A stretch of DNA of 32,000 nucleotides from Thermosulfurimonas dismutans (GTDB lineage Bacteria; Desulfobacterota; Thermodesulfobacteria; Thermodesulfobacteriales; Thermodesulfobacteriaceae), in NCBI RefSeq assembly GCF_001652585.1, contig NZ_LWLG01000001.1, positions 1-32,000 of the forward strand, given 5' to 3'. Shown piece by piece: positions 1 to 9,527 of this stretch. The notes under the pieces are model-generated. The model was not told the origin of the DNA, searched no databases, and saw only the letters and a program-made list of their open reading frames with translations. Position numbers and translations under genes: made by a program. Numbering within the stretch: position 1 is the stretch's first letter; every line of letters starts with the position of its first letter.

Positions 1-474
1 ATGCGTTTCCCGGTTCGTCTCCTACTTATGGCCCCTGGGCCCCTTAAATTCCCTTTCGTATCTCAGGGTATAGACTTTTACCGAGTCCGTGTCAAACCTT
101 TCCTACAATTCGAGACCCTCTTTCCCAAAGTAAAGGCCACCGGTTCTCCGGAAGCTCGAAAACAAAAAGAAGCCGAGACCTTGATGAAGCATATTCCCTC
201 CGGGAGCTACGTCATAACCCTCGATGAAAAGGGCCAGATCTTGAACTCTCCTCAGCTTTCTGAATTTTTAGGGCAACTATTTACACAAAGGAGAGAAATC
301 GTAGTCGTTGCCGGAGGCCCGGATGGTCTGGCCGATAAAATTCTCAGGGGAGCCGACTTCCGACTCTCCCTCTCCGCCCTCACCCTCAATCACGAGATAG
401 CCCTGTTAGTCTTCTGCGAGGCCCTCTACCGCAGCCTCACTATTCTCTCTGGCAGTCCCTATCACCGACCTTAA
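1..474 (+). CDS. rlmH: 23S rRNA (pseudouridine1915-N3)-methyltransferase RlmH (SPOUT family)
   Basis: The 157-aa length matches RlmH. C-terminal SPOUT motifs are present (VVVAGGPDGL, LSLSALTLNHEIALLVFCEALYRSLTILSGSPYHR). The ATG is at window base 1, so the true start could lie just upstream. Confidence 0.9.
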   Translation: MRFPVRLLLMAPGPLKFPFVSQGIDFYRVRVKPFLQFETLFPKVKATGSPEARKQKEAETLMKHIPSGSYVITLDEKGQILNSPQLSEFLGQLFTQRREIVVVAGGPDGLADKILRGADFRLSLSALTLNHEIALLVFCEALYRSLTILSGSPYHRP

Positions 475-541
475 AAAGGATTGCAGAAAGCTCCAATTGA
501 GGCTAAGAAAGAAATAGAGTCTGTTTTTGCGGGAGGTAAAT

Positions 542-1006
542 ATGCTAAAAAAGACCCTTGGAAGTGTCCTTTTAGGTCTCGTCCTTATACTTTCTGGTTG
601 TGCCGCTCAGAGTCAGGGGTCCGGGGGCAAAGTTTCGTCACTCCCTAAGCCCCGTCCCATTTTAAAACATACTGATTTTCCAAATCTGGTCCTCCCAAGC
701 GGCCTGGAAATCGTAAAAGAGAAGACCCTAGTGGTCAAAACCGCTACCTTTGTGGGTGGGGTCATCACGCTCAGAGGACGGGTAACCCAAGAGTCCGTGG
801 TAACCTTTTTTGAAAAGCAGCTCATAGCCCGAGGTTGGGAGGAAGTCGGAAGCATCCGGTATAAAAACACCCTTCTAGCCTTTCGCAGACCTAACGGAAG
901 TTGTTTCGTCTACATTCGAGAAACCGGGCTGGGTAACACCGAGGTCAAGATCTGGGCTAGTGAGGTCCTGTCTCCCACGTCTTCTCCAGAAACGGTCTAT
1001 CCCTAA
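542..1006 (+). CDS. Putative lipoprotein, unknown family
   Basis: Signal peptide with lipobox (MLKKTLGSVLLGLVLILSG|CAAQ). A GGGAGG SD at 531-536 lies 5 nt before ATG 542; the ORF track opens earlier at TTG 527. The stop overlaps the coaBC ATG (TAATG). I recognise no family. Confidence 0.7.
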   Translation: MLKKTLGSVLLGLVLILSGCAAQSQGSGGKVSSLPKPRPILKHTDFPNLVLPSGLEIVKEKTLVVKTATFVGGVITLRGRVTQESVVTFFEKQLIARGWEEVGSIRYKNTLLAFRRPNGSCFVYIRETGLGNTEVKIWASEVLSPTSSPETVYP

Positions 1007-2202
1007 TGTTTTCTGGACGCAGGGTACTCCTCGGGGTTTGTGGGGGTATCGCGGCCTATAAGGCCGCGGAGCTGGCAAGACTCTTTAAGAAAAAAGGCGC
1101 TCAGGTCAAAACCGTACTTACCACTGGAGCCGAGGCCTTTGTAACGCCCTTGCTTTTTGAAGCCCTGACTCGGGACCGGACCTTCACCCAAGCCGATTTT
1201 CTATCCCCTCAAGGGGGGTTCATCCCTCATACGGATCTCGCTACCTGGGCGGAAGTCATCGTAGTAGCTCCAGCCACAGCTTCCTTCCTCTCCAAGCTCT
1301 CGCGGGGGGAACCATCCGATCTCCTTACGGCCATCATCATGGCCTCCCAGGCTCCCGTGCTCCTGGCCCCAGCCATGAACACCAACATGTGGCTCCACCC
1401 GGCCACGCAGGAAAACGTAAGGCGCCTACGTGAGTTCGGTTACCGAATAGTGGCCCCCGAAACCGGTGAGCTGGCCTGCGGTCTACAAGGACCGGGGAGA
1501 TTACCTTCTCCAGAAGAATTACTGTTGGAAGTGGGTTATCTTCTTTGTGAAAAACCCCTTGCCGACCGAAAGGTACTCATCACCGGAGGGCCTACCCGAG
1601 AGTACATGGATGCCGTACGCTTTATCTCTAACCCCTCCTCTGGTCGAATGAGCGTGGCCTTAGCCCAGACCGCCTATCTTCTAGGAGCCGAAGTTCACCT
1701 TGTTCATGGACCGCTGGCAGTACGCCCACCAAAGCCCGTAAAGACCTATCCGATAGTCTCCGCGGAGGAGATGCTCGCGGCGGCTGAAAGGATCTTCCCA
1801 GAGGTAGATCTAGCCATCTTTTGCGCAGCGGTCTGTGACTTTAAACCGGAAAAGTCCTTGCCTGGAAAGGTCAAAAAAGAGACCTTCCCGCAAGAGATAA
1901 AGTTGGTCCCTACCCCGGACATAGCCACCATTCTTTCGGCCCAAAAGAGATCCGGTCAGATCACGGTTGGTTTTGCCCTAGAGGAAAGGGAGAGACTCAT
2001 GGAGTCCGCCCGCAGGAAGCTCGAGACCAAAAATCTGGACTTTCTCATAGCCAACGACCTTTCGGCCTTCGAGGCCGAAGAATCGGAAATCTTTCTCTTC
2101 TCTAGAGAGCGAAAGGAGCCCCTTGTCTTTAAGGCCTCCAAAGAAACTCTCGCCCTAAAGATCTTTGCAGAGGTCTGTGGTGTACGAGATCAGACTAAAT
2201 AA
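1006..2202 (+). CDS. coaBC: Bifunctional phosphopantothenoylcysteine decarboxylase / phosphopantothenate-cysteine ligase
   Basis: 398 aa. The N-terminal flavoprotein domain shows GVCGGIAAYK and PAMNTNMW. The C-terminal CoaB domain shows ISNPSSGRM and FCAAVCDF. Length is typical of Dfp/CoaBC. Confidence 0.93.
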   Translation: MFSGRRVLLGVCGGIAAYKAAELARLFKKKGAQVKTVLTTGAEAFVTPLLFEALTRDRTFTQADFLSPQGGFIPHTDLATWAEVIVVAPATASFLSKLSRGEPSDLLTAIIMASQAPVLLAPAMNTNMWLHPATQENVRRLREFGYRIVAPETGELACGLQGPGRLPSPEELLLEVGYLLCEKPLADRKVLITGGPTREYMDAVRFISNPSSGRMSVALAQTAYLLGAEVHLVHGPLAVRPPKPVKTYPIVSAEEMLAAAERIFPEVDLAIFCAAVCDFKPEKSLPGKVKKETFPQEIKLVPTPDIATILSAQKRSGQITVGFALEERERLMESARRKLETKNLDFLIANDLSAFEAEESEIFLFSRERKEPLVFKASKETLALKIFAEVCGVRDQTK

Positions 2203-3214
2203 AATCAAGCAATGGCTCAAGCGTCACAAATTCGATGGCATACTCATATCCTCTCCTGAAAACCGTCGTTATCTTTCCGGTTATACGCCTCAAGATGTAA
2301 GCATTACGGAATCCGCGGGCTTTTTACTTATCACCACTTCCGAGGCCTTTATCCTCACCGACCCGAGGTACCAGGAAGAGGCCCAAAATCTTTCCCTCTT
2401 TGAACCGGTGATCTACCGAAAGGGACTGGCCAGAGCCCTTTCCAGTCTAGCCGAAAGATTGAAAATTAAAGGCCTACTTTATGAAGAAAACTACCTTTCT
2501 TGCGGAAGACTCAAGGCTCTGAAGAAGGTTTTGCCCAAGGTAGAGTTTTCTGGAGTCTCGGGAGTAATTGAGAAATGGCGCGAGGTCAAAGATCAGGAAG
2601 AAATGAGACTCCTAGAAAAAGCGCGAGAGTTAGCCCTTGAGATCTTTCGTATCCTTTCTAAGGAAATTCAACCGGGGCGGACGGAAAAGGAAATTGCTTG
2701 GCGTATCACGGAACTCTCTCATCGCTTGGGAGAAGGGCCGTCCTTTCCTCCCATTGTGGCCAGCGGACCAAACGCCGCCCGCCCCCATGCGGAACCGGAA
2801 GACAAGCCCTTACGCTCTGGGGAGGTAGTGATCGTAGACTTGGGAGTGAAGTATCGTGGCTATTGTTCAGACCTTACCCGGACCTTTTTCCTAGGCCGAG
2901 TACCAGAGAGGCTTCGGGAGGCCCATCATCTAGTAAAGGAGGCCCAGAGACTGGCTCAGCCCCACATGAAACCCGGTCTCAAAATAAGGGAGGCCGATCG
3001 CAAGGTAAGGGCCTTTTTCCAAAAAGCCGGCGTTCTCCAAAACTACCTCCACTCCTTAGGACACGGCTTAGGACTGGCAGTCCACGAAGCCCCGGCAGTC
3101 TCCTTCCGCAGCCGCCGAAAATTCAAGGTCGGACAGGTGGTCACCCTTGAGCCCGGGCTGTATTTTCCCGGACTCGGGGGGGTGCGGGAGGAGGAAATGG
3201 TCTTCATCCGTTGA
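2180..3214 (+). CDS. M24 family metallopeptidase (Xaa-Pro aminopeptidase/dipeptidase-like)
   Basis: Creatinase/prolidase-like N-terminal domain plus a pita-bread fold. All five metal-ligand contexts are present (VIVDLG, CSDLTRTF, HSLGHGLGLAVHE, VVTLEPG, GGVREEE). The start is uncertain: the ORF opens at TTG 2165, and GTG 2177/2180 follow an AGAGG at 2169-2173. I chose 2180 on spacing. The C-terminus is about 10-15 aa shorter than typical. Confidence 0.85.
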   Translation: MYEIRLNKIKQWLKRHKFDGILISSPENRRYLSGYTPQDVSITESAGFLLITTSEAFILTDPRYQEEAQNLSLFEPVIYRKGLARALSSLAERLKIKGLLYEENYLSCGRLKALKKVLPKVEFSGVSGVIEKWREVKDQEEMRLLEKARELALEIFRILSKEIQPGRTEKEIAWRITELSHRLGEGPSFPPIVASGPNAARPHAEPEDKPLRSGEVVIVDLGVKYRGYCSDLTRTFFLGRVPERLREAHHLVKEAQRLAQPHMKPGLKIREADRKVRAFFQKAGVLQNYLHSLGHGLGLAVHEAPAVSFRSRRKFKVGQVVTLEPGLYFPGLGGVREEEMVFIR

Positions 3215-4124
3215 GGTTTCTCACCACTTCTACCGGGGGTTTGATATCCAAACCCAAACAGGCCGCGAACTCCTCGAAGGACTCAAGAACCTCTTCCGCA
3301 ATGGCGGCCACCTCCTCGAGAGAAAGACCTAGCAAGGGAGCGTTTTCCATTATAGGCTTCACGTTTTCTGGACGCGATACTGAAGGCAAAAGCGAAGCCA
3401 GAGCCACAACTCCCACTGGGCTTTTGAGAAAACCTACCTCGGAGATCTCCACCAAAGGTTTTACGTGCAGACCTACGCAGCAGACCAGAACATCAGGTAA
3501 CTTCCAATTCTTTAACACCCAGGCCCCGGCCTGTGCGTGATTCCAGGAAAGTACTTCTTTTTCGACCTCGTGGAGGGCCAGACTGCGATCCGACTGCCAC
3601 CTCTCGTAAACCTTGCGATAGCCTTCGTACCAGTTGGTAAGGAGAACCGGCAGGGCCACATCCTCAAGTAGGGCCCCGGCAAAGGCTTCCTCGGCCTCAA
3701 GCGATAGTCTTTGAGCTACCTCACGGGCGAAAAGGGCCCGGAAGAGGGAATCTTCCCAGAAGATCTTCAGATCAAAGCCCTCCACTTCGGGGTCCTCTAA
3801 GGCCCGAACCACCCCGTAAGAAAGGACCAGCGTCTCGATTTCCTTGAGTCCCAGCAGGGATGCGGCTTCACTTATACGACTAATCTTACGCTGCAAGCCG
3901 TAATAAGCCGAATTTGCTAGCTTTAGGACCTGACTCGAAAGAGCCGGATCCTTTTCGATCAGAGGGGCTATCTCTATAGGGGAGACTTCCGGATCGGAGA
4001 GTTTCTCAAGGATGCGCGTGATAATTTGGGGCAAAGGAGGCGGAGAAAAGTCTTTAAAAATCTTCTCAAAATCTCCGGTAAGGAGGACAGCATACTGCTG
4101 CACTTTCTTAAACCAACCGAGCAT
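3204..4124 (-). CDS. HDOD domain-containing protein (stand-alone)
   Basis: 306 aa with a typical HDOD N-terminal signature (PPLPQIITRILEKLSDPEVSPIEIAPLIEKDPALSSQVLKLANSAYYGLQRKISRISEAASLLGL). GAGGGG SD lies 4 nt upstream of the ATG. The 3' end overlaps the M24 gene by 11 nt. Confidence 0.85.
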   Translation of the reverse strand: MLGWFKKVQQYAVLLTGDFEKIFKDFSPPPLPQIITRILEKLSDPEVSPIEIAPLIEKDPALSSQVLKLANSAYYGLQRKISRISEAASLLGLKEIETLVLSYGVVRALEDPEVEGFDLKIFWEDSLFRALFAREVAQRLSLEAEEAFAGALLEDVALPVLLTNWYEGYRKVYERWQSDRSLALHEVEKEVLSWNHAQAGAWVLKNWKLPDVLVCCVGLHVKPLVEISEVGFLKSPVGVVALASLLPSVSRPENVKPIMENAPLLGLSLEEVAAIAEEVLESFEEFAACLGLDIKPPVEVVRNLNG

Positions 4125-4145
4125 TCTTCCCCTCTAATAGAGCTT

Positions 4146-4175
4146 TTGCTAAGATAATTGCTAAGATAATAGCAA
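4146..4175. repeat. Tandem 12-bp repeat (TTGCTAAGATAA x2) ending in the inverted half-site TAGCAA; candidate operator
   Basis: Read directly: 4146-4157 and 4158-4169 are identical. 4170-4175 (TAGCAA) is the reverse complement of TTGCTA, giving the palindrome TTGCTA-N6-TAGCAA. It lies in the 76-bp HDOD/HPP divergent intergenic region and overlaps an extended -10-like TGCTATTAT on the minus strand. Confidence 0.4.
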
Positions 4176-4200
4176 ATTTCCTAAATTCTGCACCAGCAAA

Positions 4201-4884
4201 ATGCGAGATTTTCTTTGGGAAATAAGCAAGATCTTCCGACTACGTTTCTTTTATTTGGTTACCAGAGGACATATCAAACGACTCACAGCCATTTACGTCC
4301 TGATCACCAGTTTTCTGAGCCTAATGATTCTGGGAGGCATAGCCTTCTTTTTATCCTGGCCTTTGATCTTTCCTTCCCTAGGACCAACTGCTTTTTTGAT
4401 CTTCTATGCCCCGGCCCGGGCCATGTCCTGGCCCAGGAATTGCCTCCTAGGGCATCTTACGGGTATGCTCTGTGGTTTTTTGATCTACTTTATTTTCTAC
4501 TGTTTTTCTCCAGAAGAAGCCGTGCAATCGGAGTTCGGTTTAACCAAAACCCTCTTTGTGAGCGGAGCCGTCGGGATAACCGCCCTCGCCATGGTGCTTG
4601 CCGACATCCTACATCCCCCAGCGGCTTCCACGGCCATGCTCTCGGCTGGAGGTTATTTCAAGGATCCCATCGAAGTCCTCGGCTTCGTTCTGGCTTTAGT
4701 CTTCATCGTTATGGAAGGTATAGTAATACATCGGCTTTCTGGAATCATTTATCCTCTTTGGAAGGGAGAAAAGTCAGAGGAACAACCTTTTATCCGCACC
4801 AAAATAGGCGAGGTGGGCGAGGCCCCGCCTTCAGATGATCCTTATACCAACCTCGCCCACCGACTGGTCAACAGACGGGAATAA
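4201..4884 (+). CDS. HPP family membrane protein
   Basis: 227 aa, multi-TM, with the family-defining HPPAASTA motif (ILHPPAASTAML). No SD precedes the ATG, so the start is less certain. Confidence 0.78.
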   Translation: MRDFLWEISKIFRLRFFYLVTRGHIKRLTAIYVLITSFLSLMILGGIAFFLSWPLIFPSLGPTAFLIFYAPARAMSWPRNCLLGHLTGMLCGFLIYFIFYCFSPEEAVQSEFGLTKTLFVSGAVGITALAMVLADILHPPAASTAMLSAGGYFKDPIEVLGFVLALVFIVMEGIVIHRLSGIIYPLWKGEKSEEQPFIRTKIGEVGEAPPSDDPYTNLAHRLVNRRE

Positions 4885-4889
4885 TAGAA

Positions 4890-6830
4890 CTACTTCATCT
4901 CTTCAAAATCGGCATCGATAATGTCGTCGCCTTCCTTCTTTTCAGACCCGCTTCCAGCAGCACCGGTCCCACCTGAGGCCTGAGCCCCTCCGGTGCCCTG
5001 AGCCCCAGCCTGTTTGTAAACCATCTCCGCCAGCCGATAGGAGACCCGGGTGAGTTCGTCGCTGGCCCGTCTTATAGCCTCCACGTCCGTACCCTCTAAG
5101 GCCTTGCGAAGCTCGGAAATCTTCTCTTCCACCTCCTTCCGCAGATCTTCGGGGACCTTGTCGCCCAAGTCCTTCAGAGATTTCTCGGTAGAGTAGATCA
5201 AGCTGTCGGCCTGATTGCGCACCTCGGCGAGTTCCTTCCGCTTCCGATCCTCTTCGGCGTGAGCTTCGGCCTCCTTGATCATGCGCTGGATCTCTTCTTC
5301 GCTGAGACCAGAAGAGGGCTTGACTACCACGGATTGTTCTTTTCCGGTTCCCAGATCCTTGGCAGTCACATGGAGGATACCGTCGGCATCAATGTCGAAG
5401 GTAACTTCGATTTGGGGCACACCGCGCGGAGCCGGAGGAATACCTACCAGCTCAAAACGGGCGATACTTTTGTTGTCCGCCGCCATGGGACGTTCACCCT
5501 GAAGGACGTGAATGGTCACCGAGGTCTGGTTGTCGGCCGCGGTGGTAAAGATCTGACTCTTGCGAGTAGGAATGGTCGTACCGCGGGGAATGATCACCGT
5601 AAAGACCCCACCCAAGGTCTCGATCCCGAGAGAAAGCGGGGTCACGTCAAGCAGCAGGATATCTTTGACCTCACCCTTGAGCACGCCAGCCTGAATGGCC
5701 GCCCCCATAGCCACAACTTCATCCGGGTTTACCCCCTTCACCGGATCCTTTCCAAAGATCTCCTTGACCTTCTCCTGAACCTTGGGCATCCTGGTCATCC
5801 CGCCCACCAGGATGACCTCGTCTATCTCCTGAGGGGTGATACCCGCGTCTTTCATGGCGATGCGACAAGGTTCCTCCAGACGATTGATGAGATCCTCCAC
5901 CAAGGCTTCAAGCTTAGCCCGGGTAAGCTTCATTACTAAGTGTTTAGGCCCGGAAGCGTCAGCGGTAATAAAGGGGAGGTTAATCTCAGTCTCCGTCACA
6001 GTGGACAGTTCAATTTTAGCCTTCTCTGCGGCCTCTTTAAGACGCTGAAGGGCCATCCGATCCTCACGTAGGTCTATGCCATGCTCCTTCTTGAACTCCT
6101 CGGCGATGTAGTCCACTATCCGCATATCAAAGTCTTCTCCACCAAGGAAGGTGTCACCAGAAGTGGCCTTGACCTCGAAAACACCTTCGCCGATTTCAAG
6201 GATAGAGATATCAAAAGTTCCGCCTCCCAGGTCGAAGACCGCCACTGTACCCTCTTTCTTTTTGTCCAGCCCGTAAGCCAGACAAGCCGCCGTAGGCTCG
6301 TTTATGATCCGAAGCACGTTGAGACCGGCGATGCGACCGGCGTCCTTAGTGGCCTGACGTTGGGTATCGTCAAAATAAGCGGGCACCGTAATGACCACAT
6401 CCTTGACGGGCTGTCCCAGATATTCTTCGAGGTCCTCCTTGATCTTCCGCAGGATCATGGCCGAGACTTCCGGCGGACTATAACGCTTGCCGCGGATCTC
6501 CACATGGGCGTCCCCGTTAGGGGCCTTCACGATCTTGTAGGGAACCTTTTTCATCCACTCCTGCACCACGGAATCCTCGTATTTGCGCCCCATAAGGCGC
6601 TTGATACCGAAGATGGTGTTTTCGGCATTGGTGATGGCCTGTCTTTTGGCCACCATACCCACCAAAATCTCTCCGTTCTCCTGAAAGGCCACCACCGAAG
6701 GGGTTACCCGGCTGCCTTCCCGGTTGGGAATAACCTCAGGTTCACCACCTTTGAGGATGGCTACACAGGAATTGGTAGTTCCAAGGTCGATCCCCACTAT
6801 AGGACCGGTAGCTTTTTCCTTCTCTGCCAT
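4890..6830 (-). CDS. dnaK: Molecular chaperone DnaK (Hsp70)
   Basis: 646 aa with canonical Hsp70 motifs ([33 protein letters not shown]) and an acidic C-terminus (DADFEEMK). GGAGGAGG SD upstream. Confidence 0.98.
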   Translation of the reverse strand: MAEKEKATGPIVGIDLGTTNSCVAILKGGEPEVIPNREGSRVTPSVVAFQENGEILVGMVAKRQAITNAENTIFGIKRLMGRKYEDSVVQEWMKKVPYKIVKAPNGDAHVEIRGKRYSPPEVSAMILRKIKEDLEEYLGQPVKDVVITVPAYFDDTQRQATKDAGRIAGLNVLRIINEPTAACLAYGLDKKKEGTVAVFDLGGGTFDISILEIGEGVFEVKATSGDTFLGGEDFDMRIVDYIAEEFKKEHGIDLREDRMALQRLKEAAEKAKIELSTVTETEINLPFITADASGPKHLVMKLTRAKLEALVEDLINRLEEPCRIAMKDAGITPQEIDEVILVGGMTRMPKVQEKVKEIFGKDPVKGVNPDEVVAMGAAIQAGVLKGEVKDILLLDVTPLSLGIETLGGVFTVIIPRGTTIPTRKSQIFTTAADNQTSVTIHVLQGERPMAADNKSIARFELVGIPPAPRGVPQIEVTFDIDADGILHVTAKDLGTGKEQSVVVKPSSGLSEEEIQRMIKEAEAHAEEDRKRKELAEVRNQADSLIYSTEKSLKDLGDKVPEDLRKEVEEKISELRKALEGTDVEAIRRASDELTRVSYRLAEMVYKQAGAQGTGGAQASGGTGAAGSGSEKKEGDDIIDADFEEMK

Positions 6831-6852
6831 CTTCCTTTACCTCCTCCTGGAT

Positions 6853-7446
6853 TTATTCTTTACCTTCGTCCTGTTTCTTGTTTTTGGCCACCGCCACCAA
6901 GGCCGGCCTTATAATCCGGTCGTGGAGGCGGTAGCCCTTCTGATAAACCCTCACCACAGTACCTTCTGGATGTTCTTCCGTCTCTTCCACGTGCAAGGCC
7001 TCATGGTGATGAGGGTTAAAAGGCTCTCCAAGAGCGGTCTCAAATTGCGAGAGGCCAAACTTTTCCATGGCATTGAGGAGTCCCTTCAAAGTCAGGGCCA
7101 CGCCTTCAATGAGGCCCTTAGGATCCTGCGACTTCTCGGCGGCCTCAAGGGCTCGTTCGAGGTTGTCTATTGAGGGCAAAAGCTCTTTGAAGAGCTGTTC
7201 CAAGGCATATTTTGAAAACTCTTCTTTTTCCCGCTTAAAAGACTTCTTGAGATTCTCCACCTCGGCCGCATAACGCAGAGCCCTTTCCTGCCAAAGTTTA
7301 CATTCTTCTTTGAGTTGTTGATATTCTTCTTCAGTAATGGTTACCCTTTTAGGTTCTTCTTTTGCCCTTTCTCCTTCTTGCGCTTCAAGATTTTCCTGAG
7401 ATTTCTCAGGCTCCTTTTCTTCAGAAAGCTCACGCACCTCTACCAT
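6853..7446 (-). CDS. grpE: Nucleotide exchange factor GrpE
   Basis: 197 aa with a coiled-coil N-terminus and GrpE C-terminal beta domain (FNPHHHEALHVEE...GTVVRVYQKGYRLHDRIIRPALVAV). It lies between hrcA and dnaK. Confidence 0.93.
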   Translation of the reverse strand: MVEVRELSEEKEPEKSQENLEAQEGERAKEEPKRVTITEEEYQQLKEECKLWQERALRYAAEVENLKKSFKREKEEFSKYALEQLFKELLPSIDNLERALEAAEKSQDPKGLIEGVALTLKGLLNAMEKFGLSQFETALGEPFNPHHHEALHVEETEEHPEGTVVRVYQKGYRLHDRIIRPALVAVAKNKKQDEGKE

Positions 7447-7491
7447 TTAAGCCTCTCCTTTTGCCAGAATTAATCTTTCCTCGCCAAGAAT

Positions 7492-8571
7492 TTAAGTCCG
7501 GGGGGAAAGCTTGTCCAGGGTCCGGGAAAGATGTTGGGTGGTATACTCTACCAGGGGAATGAGACGGGCATAGGCCATTCGCATTGGACCTATAATAGCC
7601 ACCCCACCCACGGGAGTATCTCGCCAACTGTAAGAAGCCACGATGGCCCCACATTGTTTGAAGGGACATTGAGGGCTGGGCGCACCGATCAGAACCTGCG
7701 GGGTTCGGGCCTCAAGACAACGATCTATCAATTGGAGAAGAAGACTCTTTTCCTCGAAGGTTTTAAGTATCTCCTTAAGTCTTTCCAAATCTTGAAATTC
7801 TGGAAGATCAAGAAGTCTGTTAATACCCTCTACAAAGGGCTCCTCCGGACTTTCGCAGAGGGCCAGCAGGAGATCCTCAAGAAGGGCCTTTTCATTTTGT
7901 AGTTCGGAAAACAAGACCTCCCTTACTTCCTTCAAGGTAAGCCCAGGAAGCCTATCGTTCAGCAGGGCCGAAAGCCTTTCCAGTGTTTCTATCGAAAAAT
8001 CCCGAAGAGTCTTTATGAGGCGATGAATGACCATTCCCGAAGCACTGACCGCCACCGTGAGGATCAGGCGCTCCGAAAGACGTACGAAATCGATCTTTAT
8101 AAGCTTTTCATACTCCAGTTTGGGAGCAGTAACGATAACTGGAAACCCAGAAAGGTCAGACAATAGATGACTGACGCTTTTGAGCAAGGTCTCCCAGCTT
8201 TCAGCAATCTCTTCTTGGGAGAGATTCCTCTCAATGGTCTCAAGGGTCTCTTCCGGCAAAGGTTCTGGATCCAAAAGGTGCTCCACATAATAACGAAAGC
8301 CTTCCTCTGTAGGGATACGACCAGCGGAGGTATGAGGTTGACTAAGAAGCCCAAGTTCTTCGAGATCTGCCATCACGTTACGTATGGTGGCTGGCGAAAG
8401 AGGGGGAAGAAACTTTTTGGCCACTGTCCGTGAGCCTACCGGAGCCGCAGTCTCAATATACTTCTCCGTAACCAGGGCCAGAACTCGCTCATGCCGCTCC
8501 GAAAGGCTATAAGCCTCCTTCATGGTATATAAAAGTAGCTTCCTGCCAGGTTTCCTGTCAAGCGTCGCCAT
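7492..8571 (-). CDS. hrcA: Heat-inducible transcription repressor HrcA
   Basis: Winged-helix N-terminus (LSERHERVLALVTEKYIETAAPVGSRTVAKK) plus the HrcA C-terminal domain, in the conserved hrcA-grpE-dnaK order. An alternative start is ATG 8523 (MKEAYSL...). Confidence 0.9.
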   Translation of the reverse strand: MATLDRKPGRKLLLYTMKEAYSLSERHERVLALVTEKYIETAAPVGSRTVAKKFLPPLSPATIRNVMADLEELGLLSQPHTSAGRIPTEEGFRYYVEHLLDPEPLPEETLETIERNLSQEEIAESWETLLKSVSHLLSDLSGFPVIVTAPKLEYEKLIKIDFVRLSERLILTVAVSASGMVIHRLIKTLRDFSIETLERLSALLNDRLPGLTLKEVREVLFSELQNEKALLEDLLLALCESPEEPFVEGINRLLDLPEFQDLERLKEILKTFEEKSLLLQLIDRCLEARTPQVLIGAPSPQCPFKQCGAIVASYSWRDTPVGGVAIIGPMRMAYARLIPLVEYTTQHLSRTLDKLSPRT

Positions 8572-8657
8572 CAGTTCCTAGGACTCTGGTAGCCGGGCCA
8601 AAAGACCTTATAATTATGTGTTGAAAAATTTCTGAAAGAAGGGAGGTGTTCTCTCCT

Positions 8658-9527
8658 ATGTTGAACAACACCTTGCGAACCTTTGTTTTACTAGCGGCGT
8701 TAACCGTTCTTTTCATCATCGTAGGCGACCTTATAGGAGGGAAATCCGGAGCTACTTTGGCCTTGGTGATAGCCCTTTTTATGAACCTCTCGGCCTATTG
8801 GTTTTCGGACAAGCTGGCCTTGGCCATGAGTGGGGCTCGTCCGGTCTCGGAACACGAAGACCCGGAGCTCCACGCCCTGGTGGCAAAGCTCGCCCGCAAG
8901 GCCGGCCTACCCAAACCCCGCGTCTATATCATTCCCGCGGAAACCCCCAACGCCTTTGCCACCGGGCGTAATCCCCAGAATGCCGCCGTAGCGGTTACGG
9001 CTGGTATCCGGAGGCTCCTGACCAGAGAGGAGCTTGAGGGCGTTCTGGCGCATGAGCTGGCCCACATTAAAAACCGGGACATTTTGATCTCTTCCATCGC
9101 GGCGGTAATTGCAGGGGCCATCTCTTATTTGGCCTATATGGGACAGTGGACCCTATTTTTCGGGGGTCTCGGAGAAGATGATGAAGATCGTAGCCATCCC
9201 TTGGGCTTGCTGGCGGCCCTAGTAGCCATTATTTTAGCCCCTATCGCGGCCTCTCTTATTCAGCTTGCCATCAGTCGCAGCCGAGAATATCTCGCAGATG
9301 CCACCGGGGCCCGGATTTGCCGATGCCCGCTTTCTCTTGCTCGGGCTCTTGAAAAACTCGAGGCCTGGAACCGACAGCTCCCCCTTAACGTTAATCCCGC
9401 TCAAGCCCAAATGTTCATCGTCAATCCGCTTTCCGGTGAAACCCTCATGAGATTGTTTTCCACTCACCCCCCTATCGAAGATCGTATTGCCAAATTAATC
9501 GAAATGGCTGAAAGGGAAAGATTTTGA
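8658..9527 (+). CDS. htpX: Zinc metalloprotease HtpX (M48 family)
   Basis: [10 protein letters not shown] zinc motif, four TM segments, and a C-terminal [13 protein letters not shown]. The ORF track opens at GTG 8646. ATG 8658 (MLNNTLRTF...) follows GGGAGG at 8641-8646 and matches the usual HtpX N-terminus. Confidence 0.9.
   Translation: MLNNTLRTFVLLAALTVLFIIVGDLIGGKSGATLALVIALFMNLSAYWFSDKLALAMSGARPVSEHEDPELHALVAKLARKAGLPKPRVYIIPAETPNAFATGRNPQNAAVAVTAGIRRLLTREELEGVLAHELAHIKNRDILISSIAAVIAGAISYLAYMGQWTLFFGGLGEDDEDRSHPLGLLAALVAIILAPIAASLIQLAISRSREYLADATGARICRCPLSLARALEKLEAWNRQLPLNVNPAQAQMFIVNPLSGETLMRLFSTHPPIEDRIAKLIEMAERERF

Noticed and set aside
2901-2915. GUACCAGAGAGGCUU, resembling the PyrR RNA binding-loop core (ARUCCAGAGAGGYU). 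A weaker ACCAGAGAGG lies near 9017.
   Set aside because: Both sit inside coding sequence (M24 peptidase, htpX), far from pyrR or any pyr gene. I could see no flanking anti-antiterminator or terminator structure. They are most likely chance matches to a short motif.
4215-4838. A 207-aa alternative-frame ORF overlapping the HPP gene on the same strand. A similar case is 2698-3150 inside the M24 gene.
   Set aside because: These are Arg/Pro/Ser-rich, low-complexity translations. The HPP and M24 frames carry the family motifs.
6081-6914. A 277-aa plus-strand ORF antisense to dnaK/grpE. Similar ORFs lie at 5259-5939 and 5836-6048.
   Set aside because: It lies wholly inside unmistakable dnaK/grpE coding sequence on the other strand. 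It has no SD, low-complexity composition and no recognisable motif. Long shadow ORFs opposite highly codon-biased genes are a known artefact.
8575-8600. Possible degenerate CIRCE half-site (CCTAGGACTC) upstream of hrcA.
   Set aside because: The required second arm 9 nt downstream (GAGTGCTAA) is absent; the sequence there is GGCCAAAAG. It is not an inverted repeat.
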